A program made the position numbers and the translations under genes. A stretch of 48,874 bases of DNA, from assembly GCA_964372275.1 (NCBI GenBank), contig CAYJRR010000016.1, positions 1 to 48,874 on the forward strand, in the 5' to 3' direction. This DNA comes from an uncultured bacterium. GTDB lineage: Bacteria > CAYJRR01. The notes under the pieces are model-generated. The model made no database searches and was not told the origin of the DNA. It saw only the letters and a list, made by a program, of their open reading frames with translations. Numbering within the stretch: position 1 is the first letter of the stretch; every line of letters begins with the position of its first letter. Shown here one piece after another: positions 1 through 12,009 of the stretch.

Positions 1-1
1 T

Positions 2-529
2 CATCGGACCGTCCTCCTCTCGCAGCTCGCGGAGGCGCGCGATCTGCGATTCGGTCAACTGGTTGCGGATGCGGACCAGCATCTCCAGATGCGCCGTCTT
101 CACCTGCCGCTCCAGGTCCATCAGCTTGCCGGCCTGCGCCAGCGCCTTCGCGGTGTCGACGCGCGTCTCGTCGAGCAGCGACGCCAGCTCCTCCTGGGCC
201 GCCTTCATCTTCCACTGCGCCTGGGTGATTGCCGTTTGCGCCCGGCCGATCTCGGCGGTGATCGCGTCCCGCTGACGGTCCTCGATCGACAGCTCCTTCT
301 GGTGGGCCATGATCAACTCCGGCGGGAACAGCTTGCGCCGGATCGGATCGTCGTCGTGCTCGCCGTTCGGTCCCGCGGGGGGGACGGGAGGAGGCGCCGG
401 GGGCTCGGGGGCCGCCGCCACCTCGTAGCGCCGGAGCGCCTCCTCCTCTCCGTTCCACGCCTGCGCGGCGGCCGAGGTGGCGGTGATCGACAGGAGAAAC
501 GCGGCGAGCGGTGCGGTTCGGATCGTCAT
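2..529 (-). CDS. Spy/CpxP-like periplasmic protein (heavy-metal-sensor/LTXXQ type); 3' end runs off the window
   Basis: Not in the ORF track; translated by hand. MTIRTAPLAAFLLSITATSAAAQA signal peptide, Pro-rich linker, then DDPIRRKLFPPELIMAHQKEL...LVRIRNQLTESQIARL (LTxxQ motif). The ATG at 529 overlaps the upstream TGA; no stop codon before position 1. Confidence 0.75.
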   Translation of the reverse strand, partial: MTIRTAPLAAFLLSITATSAAAQAWNGEEEALRRYEVAAAPEPPAPPPVPPAGPNGEHDDDPIRRKLFPPELIMAHQKELSIEDRQRDAITAEIGRAQTAITQAQWKMKAAQEELASLLDETRVDTAKALAQAGKLMDLERQVKTAHLEMLVRIRNQLTESQIARLRELREEDGPM

Positions 530-828
530 GACTCCTCCTTCGTACCCAACTCCGGCGTGAAGCTCGTGAACTCGAGACCTGGCGTCTCGAGCAGGAAATC
601 GGTCGGCGCGACCCAGCCCGCGAGCGGGTCGCGGATCTCGGGCTCGCGCGGGAGCAGCAGGAAGACCGCCAGCGAGGCCAGCGCCGCGGCGAACGCCAAG
701 GCGACGCGGGGCCCTCGTCGCGACACGCCGGACGCCGGACCGGGACGGGCGGCGAGGCGGCGGAACGCGGGGACGGCCTCCCCGGCGTGGGCCTCGGCGA
801 TCGCGCGGCGGATCCGGTCGTCGCTCAT
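526..828 (-). CDS. small single-TM protein, putative anti-sigma factor
   Basis: MSDDRIRRAIAEAH..., TM segment VALAFAAALASLAVFLLL, and a WVAPTDFLLETPG motif. ATGA-coupled to the ECF sigma upstream and the Spy-like gene downstream. Confidence 0.65.
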   Translation of the reverse strand: MSDDRIRRAIAEAHAGEAVPAFRRLAARPGPASGVSRRGPRVALAFAAALASLAVFLLLPREPEIRDPLAGWVAPTDFLLETPGLEFTSFTPELGTKEES

Positions 829-1322
829 GGCAATCCCTCGGCGTCGAGCCGGGCGAGGAGCGCCCGCTTCGCGCGGTCGTAGTGGACGCGCGCCGTCCCG
901 ACCGAGACCCCCATCGCCTCCGCCGCCTCCTCGACGGAGCAACCGGCGTAGAAGACGAGGTCGAGCACCTCGCGCTGCCGCGCGGGGAGCGCCGCAAGGT
1001 GCGACCGCACGCGCGCGCGGCGGCGGGCAACGGCGAGCTCCTCGTCGGGTGCCGGCGGGGCCGCGACCGCCGGCTGCTCGAACAGCCGCGCGAGGCCGAG
1101 CGAGCGGAACCACCGCCGCCGGCGACGGTCGGCGGCGGTCCGCCGGATCACCGAGAAGAGCCAGGTCTTCACCGACGACTGCCCGTCGAAGCGGGCGCGT
1201 CCGTCGAGCACCTTCAGGTAGGCGGACTGCAGCACGTCGGCGGCCTCCTCGCGGTCGAAGCAGCAGCAGGTCATGGCCCAGGCGAAGGCGGCCGGATGAA
1301 GCGATTCGAGCTCGGCTTCCAT
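825..1322 (-). CDS. ECF RNA polymerase sigma factor
   Basis: C-terminal part of ORF 825..3077, from MEAELESLH. Region 2: AADVLQSAYLKV...SSVKTWLFSVIRR. Region 4: LPARQREVLDL...EAAEAMGVSVGTARVHYDRAK. Confidence 0.9.
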   Translation of the reverse strand: MEAELESLHPAAFAWAMTCCCFDREEAADVLQSAYLKVLDGRARFDGQSSVKTWLFSVIRRTAADRRRRRWFRSLGLARLFEQPAVAAPPAPDEELAVARRRARVRSHLAALPARQREVLDLVFYAGCSVEEAAEAMGVSVGTARVHYDRAKRALLARLDAEGLP

Positions 1323-1442
1323 CGGTCCGCCCTTCGCGCGACTCGGGGCCTTTCGTCTTTCACCCCCTTCGTCGCGCCGGAAGGGCGACCATATGACAGA
1401 CGACCGCCGCGCGGCGAACGGGGCGGGAGAGCGGCGTCGTTG

Positions 1443-1451
1443 TGGTAGTTT
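1443..1451 (+). promoter_or_regulatory. extended -10 element (TGnTAGTTT) of acnA
   Basis: TGgTAGTTT ends 9 nt before the acnA ATG; no Shine-Dalgarno sequence is present. Confidence 0.4.
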
Positions 1452-1460
1452 CGGGTCGCC

Positions 1461-4151
<2,691 letters not shown>

Positions 4152-4264
4152 AGCCGCTGCAGGGCGATGGACGCGCTCGAACGGGCGTAGAGCCGCTCGC
4201 CACGGCTCCACGGGGACGTACCCTGTCTCGTCGCCGTGGAGAACGACCAAGGGCGTCGCGAAGG

Positions 4265-4270
4265 TATAAT
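4265..4270 (+). promoter_or_regulatory. consensus -10 box TATAAT, probable leaderless promoter
   Basis: Perfect TATAAT in very GC-rich DNA, 6 nt before ATG 4277. Confidence 0.55.
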
Positions 4271-4276
4271 TGAGGG

Positions 4277-5341
4277 ATGGCGAGAGTGCGCCGTGCCGCC
4301 AGTTCGGGGTTGCTGGTCGCTCTTTCGACCGTCGTGGTGCTCGGCGGACCGCGCGCGGACGCCCAGATCCTTCTCGATTGTCGCGGCGGCGAGGTTTCGG
4401 TCCAGCCTGCGCTGGCGGAGCTCTCGGCGGTTATCGACCAGTCCGTTCGGCGACAGTCCACGCCCTCAGCGGCCGGGCAGACTGCCGCGACCATCGGATC
4501 GAACGCCCTCGCGTTTGGGAAAGGGGTGGTGAAGGGTTTTGCCACCGGTGTCGCGGTCACCGCCGCCATGACCGTGCTCGCGGCGACCGCGCCGGCATGG
4601 GTCACAACCGCGGTTACCGTAGGAACGGTCGCACTGGGGGCATATGGCGCCTACCGGCTGGCCACGAGCTGGAACGGAATGAGCTCCCGGCACCGCTGGG
4701 AAACTGCCGGCGCCGTCGTGGGCGGTCTGTTGTCCGCCACGCCGCCGGTGACCCGCACCGTTCAGATGGGGGTATCGGGTGCGATGACGCGTTTGGGTAT
4801 CGGCGCCCGCGGCGGCCTTGCGCGCGTGCCGACCTATCCAAAACCGACCCGGGCCCAGCTGGAGAAGGTCCTGGCTGAATCGAAGAGGATTGCCCAGGAC
4901 GACGCTTTGCTCGACGCCGTGCTCGCCGCTGCGAAGAAGAATGGAGGAAGCGCGCCGCCGACGCAGGACCTTGCGTTCACCACTCTCACGGGCGACGACA
5001 CCGTGCTTCTCCAGATCGCGGAGAAGAATCTTCTGTCCGGACGGGCCCTGGGACGACCGCCCGGGCCGAACGCCGACGCAATCTGGTTCAAGGAGGGAAC
5101 GCCGTTCTACGGCGAAGGGATCACGCTGGTGATCCCGAAGGCGAGGTTGATGGAGTACGGCGCCGTCGAATCGGTGGGGCTTGCGGGGCAGTCCGGGGTG
5201 ATTCGCGTTCCCCACGAGGCGGTACCGGGAGGGATTCCCATCGGCGAGTTCGCCATCGTGGAGTCGATCGGAAGAGGATTCGTGAAACCCCTCTACACTC
5301 CTCCAGGCTGGAAAGGCCCGATCGGACCGACGCTCCCCTGA
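4277..5341 (+). CDS. hypothetical secreted protein with hydrophobic Gly/Ala-rich middle region and distinct C-terminal domain
   Basis: 354 aa ORF. Signal peptide ending in ADA-Q; protein-like composition; fills the gap after acnA; more A/T-ending codons than its neighbours. Confidence 0.75.
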   Translation: MARVRRAASSGLLVALSTVVVLGGPRADAQILLDCRGGEVSVQPALAELSAVIDQSVRRQSTPSAAGQTAATIGSNALAFGKGVVKGFATGVAVTAAMTVLAATAPAWVTTAVTVGTVALGAYGAYRLATSWNGMSSRHRWETAGAVVGGLLSATPPVTRTVQMGVSGAMTRLGIGARGGLARVPTYPKPTRAQLEKVLAESKRIAQDDALLDAVLAAAKKNGGSAPPTQDLAFTTLTGDDTVLLQIAEKNLLSGRALGRPPGPNADAIWFKEGTPFYGEGITLVIPKARLMEYGAVESVGLAGQSGVIRVPHEAVPGGIPIGEFAIVESIGRGFVKPLYTPPGWKGPIGPTLP

Positions 5342-5467
5342 TCGTCTGAGGCGGAGCGCGGAACGGTATTCGATTTCGCGATAGCGGCGCCCGAGAATCG
5401 TCTCCTCGGCGCGCGAAAGGCGGCCGGGAATGCGTGGGATCTTGGCCGCCGGTGTGCGGCTCCTCAC

Positions 5468-5482
5468 CGGTACGCACGATGC
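5468..5482 (+). promoter_or_regulatory. sigma54 (-24/-12) promoter
   Basis: CGGTACG-cacg-ATGC (GG-N10-GC), followed by GGAGG at 5497-5501 and ATG at 5508. Confidence 0.55.
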
Positions 5483-5507
5483 AGCGCAACCGATGCGGAG
5501 GGTGACG

Positions 5508-6773
5508 ATGGCGACGAGCATGCGCGTGACGGTGGCGTCGGTGGCAGGCGCGTGGCTGTGCGCCGGCTGCAACGACGCCGGGCTCTACGTCGGCCCGGCC
5601 GACCTGCGGGTGGAACCGGCGGCGATCGACTTCGGGCGGGTCCGGGTGGGCTCCGAGTCGGCGTCGGTCCTCACCGTGCGCAACGTCGGCGGCTCGCCGC
5701 TCCGGATCGACGGCGTCGACGGGCTCGACACGGGGGACGCCTTTCACGTCGACGGGCCGGTGGACGCGGCGGCGGTGGTGCTCGATCCGGGCGAGACGCT
5801 GGCGCTCGAGGTGCGCTTCCTGCCGCCGACGCCGGGACCTCGCAACGCGGAGCTCGCGATCCGGAGCGACGATCCCGACGAACCGGCGGTGGCGATCCCG
5901 GTCGCCGGGACGGCGTTCGCCGTGCAGGTGGACGAGATCGCGCAAGGGGCGCAGGTCCCGGCCGACATCCTGTTCGTCGTCGACGATTCGGGCTCGATGG
6001 GGGACGAGCAGTCGAAGCTCGCGGCGTCGTTCGACCGATTCGTGCGGTGGCTGACCGGGATCGACCTCCGCTTCCACCTGGGGGTGGTCACCACCGACAT
6101 GTCGGCGCCGCAGCGCCGCGGACGGCTCGTTGGATCGCCGGCGGTGCTGACCGACTCCACGACCGACCTGGTCGCGCGCTTCAACCAGAACGCGCGGGTC
6201 GGAACGGCCGGGTCGGGGCAGGAGCAGGGGATGGAGGCCGCGCGGCAGGCGCTCTCGGCGCCGCTGCTCGCGAACGAGAACGCCGGTTTCCTGCGCGCCG
6301 AGGCAGACCTGTTCGTCGTCTTCGTCTCCGACGAGGAGGACCAGTCGCCGCTGCCCGTCGCCGACTACGCGGCGCGGCTCGCGGAGACGAAGGAAGGCGA
6401 TCCGGACCGCGTCTTCGTTGCCGCCATCGTCGGACCGTCCCCCGCCGGCTGCCACGACGCCTCGGGGAACGCCGACGCGGGGACGCGCTACCTCGACCTG
6501 GCGGCGAGGACCGGCGGGCTCGCCGGCTCGATCTGCGAGCCGGAGTTCGCGACGACGCTGGAGTCGCTGGCTTTCGAGATCGCCGCCCCGCGCGCGGAGT
6601 TCCCCTTGAGCCGGGTGCCGGACGCCGAAACGATCGCCGTGTGGGTCAGCGGGCAGCCGCAGGCCGAGTACCGCTGGGAGTACCTCGCCGACCGGAACGC
6701 GATCGCCTTCGCCGAAGCCCACGTCCCGCCGTACGGCGCGCGGGTGCGGATCGAATACGAGACGAGCGAATGA
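5508..6773 (+). CDS. lipoprotein with Ig-like (ASH/choice-of-anchor D type) domain and vWA domain, CglB-like
   Basis: Lipobox LCAGC; IDFGRV...LTVRNVGGSPLRI...SDDPDEP Ig-like motif; MIDAS motif DILFVVDDSGSMGDEQ; VSDEED. Start chosen from the RBS. Confidence 0.85.
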   Translation: MATSMRVTVASVAGAWLCAGCNDAGLYVGPADLRVEPAAIDFGRVRVGSESASVLTVRNVGGSPLRIDGVDGLDTGDAFHVDGPVDAAAVVLDPGETLALEVRFLPPTPGPRNAELAIRSDDPDEPAVAIPVAGTAFAVQVDEIAQGAQVPADILFVVDDSGSMGDEQSKLAASFDRFVRWLTGIDLRFHLGVVTTDMSAPQRRGRLVGSPAVLTDSTTDLVARFNQNARVGTAGSGQEQGMEAARQALSAPLLANENAGFLRAEADLFVVFVSDEEDQSPLPVADYAARLAETKEGDPDRVFVAAIVGPSPAGCHDASGNADAGTRYLDLAARTGGLAGSICEPEFATTLESLAFEIAAPRAEFPLSRVPDAETIAVWVSGQPQAEYRWEYLADRNAIAFAEAHVPPYGARVRIEYETSE

Positions 6774-6810
6774 GCGGCGGCGCACGCTGGCGCGCCGGAG
6801 GCGGCGGGAC

Positions 6811-7845
6811 TCACCGCGCCGAGGCGAGTGTCCAGCCGCACAGCTTGTAGAGGACGCGGGCCCCGACGTTGGCGTCCCATTCGTCGCCGTCGGGACCGGG
6901 GGCGACCTCGTTCAGGTCGAATCCCACGATGCGGCGTCCGGTGCGGACGACGCGGGCGAGAAGCGCGCACGCCTCGTGGAAGTCGAGGCCTCCGGGCACC
7001 GGTGTCCCGGTGTTCGGGCAGAAGCGCGGATCGAGTCCGTCGATGTCGAACGAGACGTAGACCCGTTCCGGGAGCGCCGCCACGATCTCGTCGCAAATCG
7101 CCGACCACCGCTCGCCGTCCTGCTTGCGCGCGGCGAGGGTGGCGTCGAAGAAGGTGACGATCCGTCCCTTCGAGGCGGCGATGGCGTCCGCCTCCGCCTT
7201 GCAGAGATCGCGGATCCCGACCTGCACCAGCTTCGTCACCGGCGGGATCCGCCGGGTGACGTTCGCCATGATCGAGGCGTGCGAGCCTTCGAACCCTTCG
7301 TAGGCGACGCGCAGGTCGGCGTGCGCATCGAGGTGGAGGATCCCGAACGGCGCTTCCTCCGACAGCCGGCGGATCGCGCCGAACGGGACGGAGTGGTCGC
7401 CGCCGAGCACGCCGACGATCTTCCCGCGCGCGCGCTCGCGGTCGACGGCGCGGTAGACGGCGTCGTCGAGACGCGCGCTCGCGGCGTTGACCCGGGCCCG
7501 CGCGCCCTCCAGGGCCGCATCGCCGTCGACGCGGCCGCCGAGGGCGATCACCTTCTCCGCGTCGGCGCGCGCCTCGCGGTTCCAGCGTTCGATCTCCTCC
7601 GCGATCGGCAGCATGGCGATCCCGCGCCGCCAGAGCTCCCCCAGCTCGACGTCGAACAGGTCGAGCTGGTGGCTTGCCGCGCGCACCGCCGCCGGCCCCT
7701 TCGAGGTTCCGGGGCGATACGACGTGGTCGCGTCCCACGGCACCGGCACGACCACCAGCTCCGCCTGCTCGGGCGAGAAGGGGAGTCCGAACAGCCCCGC
7801 GTCGGCGGGCGGGCACTGGTCGGGATCGAAGGGTGCGTCGCCCAC
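6811..7845 (-). CDS. speB: agmatinase (ureohydrolase family)
   Basis: VPWDATTSYRPGT, GGDHSV, DAHAD, SFDIDGLDP, PNTGTPVPGGL. The GTG start is approximate. Confidence 0.88.
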   Translation of the reverse strand: MGDAPFDPDQCPPADAGLFGLPFSPEQAELVVVPVPWDATTSYRPGTSKGPAAVRAASHQLDLFDVELGELWRRGIAMLPIAEEIERWNREARADAEKVIALGGRVDGDAALEGARARVNAASARLDDAVYRAVDRERARGKIVGVLGGDHSVPFGAIRRLSEEAPFGILHLDAHADLRVAYEGFEGSHASIMANVTRRIPPVTKLVQVGIRDLCKAEADAIAASKGRIVTFFDATLAARKQDGERWSAICDEIVAALPERVYVSFDIDGLDPRFCPNTGTPVPGGLDFHEACALLARVVRTGRRIVGFDLNEVAPGPDGDEWDANVGARVLYKLCGWTLASAR

Positions 7846-7948
7846 GCGCGAACGAATGACACAAACGCCGTCCGGCGCGCAACCGGGAACGGGCTTGCCC
7901 CCTGCGGGGGACTCTGCAACTCTTCCGCCCCTTCGAGGGAGGTCCCAC

Positions 7949-9076
7949 GTGTCGAACCCCAACCGCATCGCTCGCCTGGCGGAGCTCGGGCAGAGCGTCT
8001 GGTACGACTTCATCAAGCGCGACCTGCTCACCGGCGGCGAGCTCAAGCGCCTGATCGAGGAGGACGGGCTGCGGGGGATGACCTCCAATCCGACGATCTT
8101 CGAGAAGGCGATCGGCGGGAGCACGCTCTACGACGGCGACCTCCGGGCGCGGAAGGGGATCCCGGCGCCGCTGGCGGCCGAGGCGGTGATGGTGGCCGAC
8201 GTCCAGCGCGCGTGTGACCTGTTCCGGCCGCTGTTCGACCGGGTCGGGGGGAAGGACGGCTTCGTCTCGATCGAGTGCTCGCCGGCGAACGCGAACGACG
8301 CCGAGGCGACCGTCGCCGAGGCGAAGCGGCTCTGGGTCTCGGTCGATCGGCCGAACCTGATGGTGAAGATCCCCGGCACGGCGGCGGGCGTCCCTGCCAT
8401 CCGCCGGACGCTGGCCGACGGGATCAACGTCAACGTGACGCTGCTCTTCTCGGTGGAGCGCTACGCCGAGGTGATGGAGGCCTACCTGTCGGCCCTGGAG
8501 GACCGGGTGCGCGCCGGGAAGGCGATCGACCGGCTGCACTCGGTGGCCAGCTTCTTCGTCAGCCGCGTCGACACCAAGATCGACAAGCGGCTCGAGCCGA
8601 TCCTCGCCGGCGGCGGCGCGAAGGCCGACCTCGCCCGCACCGTCGAGTCGAAGATCGCGATCGCCAACGCCAAGGTCGCCTACGCACGCTTCCGGACGGT
8701 CTTCGCGGGTGGCCGGTGGGAGGCGCTGCGGGCCAAAGGCGGGAACCTGCAACGGCCGCTGTGGGCCTCGACCTCGACCAAGAATCCGACGCTCCCCGAC
8801 ACGCTCTACGTCGAGACGCTGATCGCTCCCGACACGGTGAACACCGTTCCGCCCGAGACCTACGTCGCCTACAAGGAGCACGGCGACCCGCGGGTGCGGA
8901 TCGGCGACGATCTGGACGCCGCGCACCGCCAGATCGCCGCCCTTCCCGAGCTGGGGATCGACCTGGCGGCGGTGACGCGCGACCTGGAGGTCGAGGGGGT
9001 CGCCGCCTTCGCCAAATCGTTCGACGCGCTGCTGCAGGCGGTCGCCGCCAAGCAGTCGGCGCTCGCCGCGTCCTGA
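7949..9076 (+). CDS. tal: transaldolase
   Basis: GQSVWYD, TSNPTIF, NLMVKIPGT, NVNVTLLFS, SVASFFVSRVD, QRPLWASTSTKNP. GTG start after GAGGGAGG. Confidence 0.95.
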   Translation: MSNPNRIARLAELGQSVWYDFIKRDLLTGGELKRLIEEDGLRGMTSNPTIFEKAIGGSTLYDGDLRARKGIPAPLAAEAVMVADVQRACDLFRPLFDRVGGKDGFVSIECSPANANDAEATVAEAKRLWVSVDRPNLMVKIPGTAAGVPAIRRTLADGINVNVTLLFSVERYAEVMEAYLSALEDRVRAGKAIDRLHSVASFFVSRVDTKIDKRLEPILAGGGAKADLARTVESKIAIANAKVAYARFRTVFAGGRWEALRAKGGNLQRPLWASTSTKNPTLPDTLYVETLIAPDTVNTVPPETYVAYKEHGDPRVRIGDDLDAAHRQIAALPELGIDLAAVTRDLEVEGVAAFAKSFDALLQAVAAKQSALAAS

Positions 9077-9217
9077 GTTCCCGCCGCGGAGCCGCGCGCG
9101 AGGCGCCGTTCGTTCAGGAGAGGCCGAACGGCTCGCCCATCGAGTACGTCGCGTTCGCGATGAAGGCGACCGTCGAGTTCATCGGCGTCCCCGAGGCGCG
9201 ATGATACAAGTTCGGCG

Positions 9218-10249
9218 GTGGTCTCCTCGCCCGGCGCGGTCCGCATCCTTCCTTTCCTCGCGACGACCATCTCCGTCGCCGTGCTCGCCGCCGGCTGCCG
9301 CGTGGAGTTCGGCGCACGGGGGGAGCGCGAGGACGCGGGCGAAGGCCACGTCGTCCGGGTCTACACCTCGATCTACAAGGAGGTGATCGACGCGCTCGAG
9401 CCGGCGCTCGAACGGAGGCTGGCGGCGACGAGTCCGGGAACGCGGGTCGAATGGTTTCAATCGGGTAGCGAAAAGGTGGCGACGCGGCTCGATGCGGAGT
9501 TCGCCTCGGGTGGGAGTCCGTGCGACCTGCTCCTCACCAGCGATCCCGGATACTACGCGCGCCTGAAGGACGACGGTCGTCTCGTCCCCTACGTTTCGCC
9601 GGCGGCGCTCAAGCAGCCTCGTTCGTTCGTCGATCCGGACGGCGCTTGGGCCGTGGCGCGCCTCTCGACGATGGTGATCGGCGTCTCGCCGAAGGCGGAA
9701 CGCCGCCCGGAGACCTTCGGCGAGCTCGCGACCGGACCGTGGCGGGTGACGATCGGCGACCCGCTCTCGTCGGGCACCTACCTGAGCACGGTGTCGGCGC
9801 TGTCCGGATCGATCGGCTGGGACTGGTTCCGGCGCCTGAAGGCGAAGGGGACGGTGGCGAGCGGCGGGAACGCGTCGGTGCTGCAGCGGCTGGAGAACGG
9901 CGAGGCCGAAGCCGGCGTGGTGCTGCTCGAGACGCTGCTCGCGGCGAAGTCACGCGGAAGCGGCGTCGCGATCGTCTTCCCGGCGGACGGCGGCGTGGTG
10001 GTGCCCGGCCCGATCGCGCTGCTCACCCACGCCCGCCGCTCGGAGGCTGCGCGCGCCGTCTACGACGCGTTCCTCTCGGACGACGTGCAGCGGCTGATCG
10101 TGGAGAAGGGATACATGCATTCCCCCGACCCCGCGCTTCCGCCGCCGACCGGCAGCCCGCCGCTGGAACGGCTGCTCGCCGCGCGGCCCGCCGTCGTCGG
10201 AACGACCGCGTCGGTGAAACGGACGTTCGACGAGATCTTCTTCCGATGA
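9218..10249 (+). CDS. ABC transporter substrate-binding lipoprotein (Fe3+/thiamine-type)
   Basis: Lipobox LAAGC; VRVYTS; DPLSSGT; first gene of a coupled SBP-permease-ATPase operon. Confidence 0.85.
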   Translation: MVSSPGAVRILPFLATTISVAVLAAGCRVEFGARGEREDAGEGHVVRVYTSIYKEVIDALEPALERRLAATSPGTRVEWFQSGSEKVATRLDAEFASGGSPCDLLLTSDPGYYARLKDDGRLVPYVSPAALKQPRSFVDPDGAWAVARLSTMVIGVSPKAERRPETFGELATGPWRVTIGDPLSSGTYLSTVSALSGSIGWDWFRRLKAKGTVASGGNASVLQRLENGEAEAGVVLLETLLAAKSRGSGVAIVFPADGGVVVPGPIALLTHARRSEAARAVYDAFLSDDVQRLIVEKGYMHSPDPALPPPTGSPPLERLLAARPAVVGTTASVKRTFDEIFFR

Positions 10250-12009
10250 CGACCACCGCGCCGCCGCCCCCGCCCGCGCGAAGGCGACGCCGCCTCCCGG
10301 GTCGCGCCGTCGTCGCGGCGCTCGTCGTGGCGGCGCTCGCGGCCTTCGTCGTCGTGCCGATCGCCGTGCTCCTCGGACGCAGCCTCGCCGAGGGGCCGGC
10401 CGTCTTTCTCGAGGCGCTGTCGAGCGAGGCGAACCGCCGCGCGCTGGCGAACACGTTCGTCTCCGGCGCCGGCGCCGCGGCGCTGGCGGCGCTGCTCGGG
10501 GCGCCGCTGGGCGCGGCGCTCGCCCGCTTGCCCCTCCGCGGGTCGCGGATCCTCGACGCGCTGCTGGTGCTGCCGATCGCCGTTCCGCCCTACGTCTGGG
10601 CGATGGCCTGGATCGCGCTCGCCTCGCCGCGGGCCGGATGGCTGAACCAGCTTGCCGCGGCAGTCGGAATCGGCGGCGGGACGGGAATCGCCGGAGCGGG
10701 CGTCGCGCCGCTCGACGTCTACGGGATGCCGGGGATCGTCTGGGTGCTCGGCACCTCGCTCTTCCCGCTCGTCCTGCTTCCGACCCGCGCCGCGCTTCAA
10801 TCGGCCGATCCGTCGTTGGAGGAGGCGGCCCGGATCGCGGGGGCCGGACCGGTGCGCGCGTTCGTGACCGGATCGCTGCCCCTGGCCTGGCCGGCCGCCG
10901 TCTCCGGCACGCTCCTCGCCTTCCTCGGGTCGATCTCGGCCTTCGGGGTGCCGTACCTGCTCGGCGTCGCGACCGAGCGGCCGGCGCTGGTCGCGACGAC
11001 GCGGATCTACCAGGCGATGGCCCTGGGGGCCGACGCCGACCTGCGGAGCGCAATCGCGCTGTGCGCGCTTTTGATGGCGCTCGGCGCCGCCGCGACGGTC
11101 GCCGCGGCGCGGCTCGGGCGCGCGCCCGCCGCCGCCGCGGGTGGGAAAGGACGCCGCGTGCATCCGCTCGAAGCGCCGGGATTGACGCGCGCGGCGACGC
11201 CGATTGCGTGGGGAATCGCCGCGGTGGCGGTGGTCCTTCCTTCGGCGGCGATCGTCCTGTCGGCCCTCACCCGCCGTTTCGGCCAGCCACCGCTCCCCGG
11301 GAACCTGACGCTTGCCCAGTTCACCACGGTGCTGGGCATGGAGGAGACCCGCCACGCGCTTGCGCGCAGCGCCTGGTTGGGAGTCGCCTCGGCGTCGACG
11401 ATCGTCGTCGTGGGGCTCGCGATCGCCTTCTTGCGGCGCGGCGACCGCTTTCGCGCGGGGACCGTCGCGCTGGCGCGGTTGGCCGAAGCGCCCTACGCCA
11501 TCCCGGGATCGGTGCTGGCGCTTGCGCTGCTGCTCGCCTTCTCGCAAGAGATCCGTTTCGTGCTGCTGGACCGGATGACGATCGCGATGAGCCTGGCCGG
11601 GACTCTCTGGATTCTGGGGATCGCCTACGTCCTGAAGTACCTCGCCTTCGGCGTCCGGGCGGCGGAGACCGCCGTCCGCGCCATCGACCCCGGCCTGGAA
11701 GAGGCGGCGCGGGTGGCCGGAAGCGGTCCGCTCCGCGCCTTCCTCGACGTGACGGTGCCGATCGCGCGTCCCGCCTTGATCGCGGGTTGGATCCTCGCCT
11801 TCCTGCCCGCCGCGACCGAGCTCACGATGAGCGTGCTGCTCGTCGGGCCGCGGACCGGCGTGCTCGGCACGGTGCTGTTCGAGCTGTCGAGCTACGCCGA
11901 TCCGCCGGCGGCCGCGGTGCTTGCCTGCGTCTGCCTCGCGCTCGTCGTCGCCGCGCAGCTCGCCGTTCGGCGACTCGATCCGGAACGGGATGCGAGGCTC
12001 GGACCGTGA
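10246..12009 (+). CDS. ABC transporter permease (FbpB-like, duplicated domain)
   Basis: Two EAA loops (DPSLEEAARIAGA, DPGLEEAARVAGS); many TM helices; ATGA overlap with the SBP gene. Confidence 0.9.
   Translation: MTTTAPPPPPARRRRRLPGRAVVAALVVAALAAFVVVPIAVLLGRSLAEGPAVFLEALSSEANRRALANTFVSGAGAAALAALLGAPLGAALARLPLRGSRILDALLVLPIAVPPYVWAMAWIALASPRAGWLNQLAAAVGIGGGTGIAGAGVAPLDVYGMPGIVWVLGTSLFPLVLLPTRAALQSADPSLEEAARIAGAGPVRAFVTGSLPLAWPAAVSGTLLAFLGSISAFGVPYLLGVATERPALVATTRIYQAMALGADADLRSAIALCALLMALGAAATVAAARLGRAPAAAAGGKGRRVHPLEAPGLTRAATPIAWGIAAVAVVLPSAAIVLSALTRRFGQPPLPGNLTLAQFTTVLGMEETRHALARSAWLGVASASTIVVVGLAIAFLRRGDRFRAGTVALARLAEAPYAIPGSVLALALLLAFSQEIRFVLLDRMTIAMSLAGTLWILGIAYVLKYLAFGVRAAETAVRAIDPGLEEAARVAGSGPLRAFLDVTVPIARPALIAGWILAFLPAATELTMSVLLVGPRTGVLGTVLFELSSYADPPAAAVLACVCLALVVAAQLAVRRLDPERDARLGP

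Noticed and set aside
5342-5445. Minus-strand peptide LSRAEETILGRRYRE resembling sigma70 region 1.2
   Set aside because: Too short, with no start codon and no continuation; probably chance.
7884-7898. CGGGAAC-gggc-TTGC upstream of tal as a sigma54 promoter
   Set aside because: The spacing is correct but the -24 element is poor; too likely to be chance.
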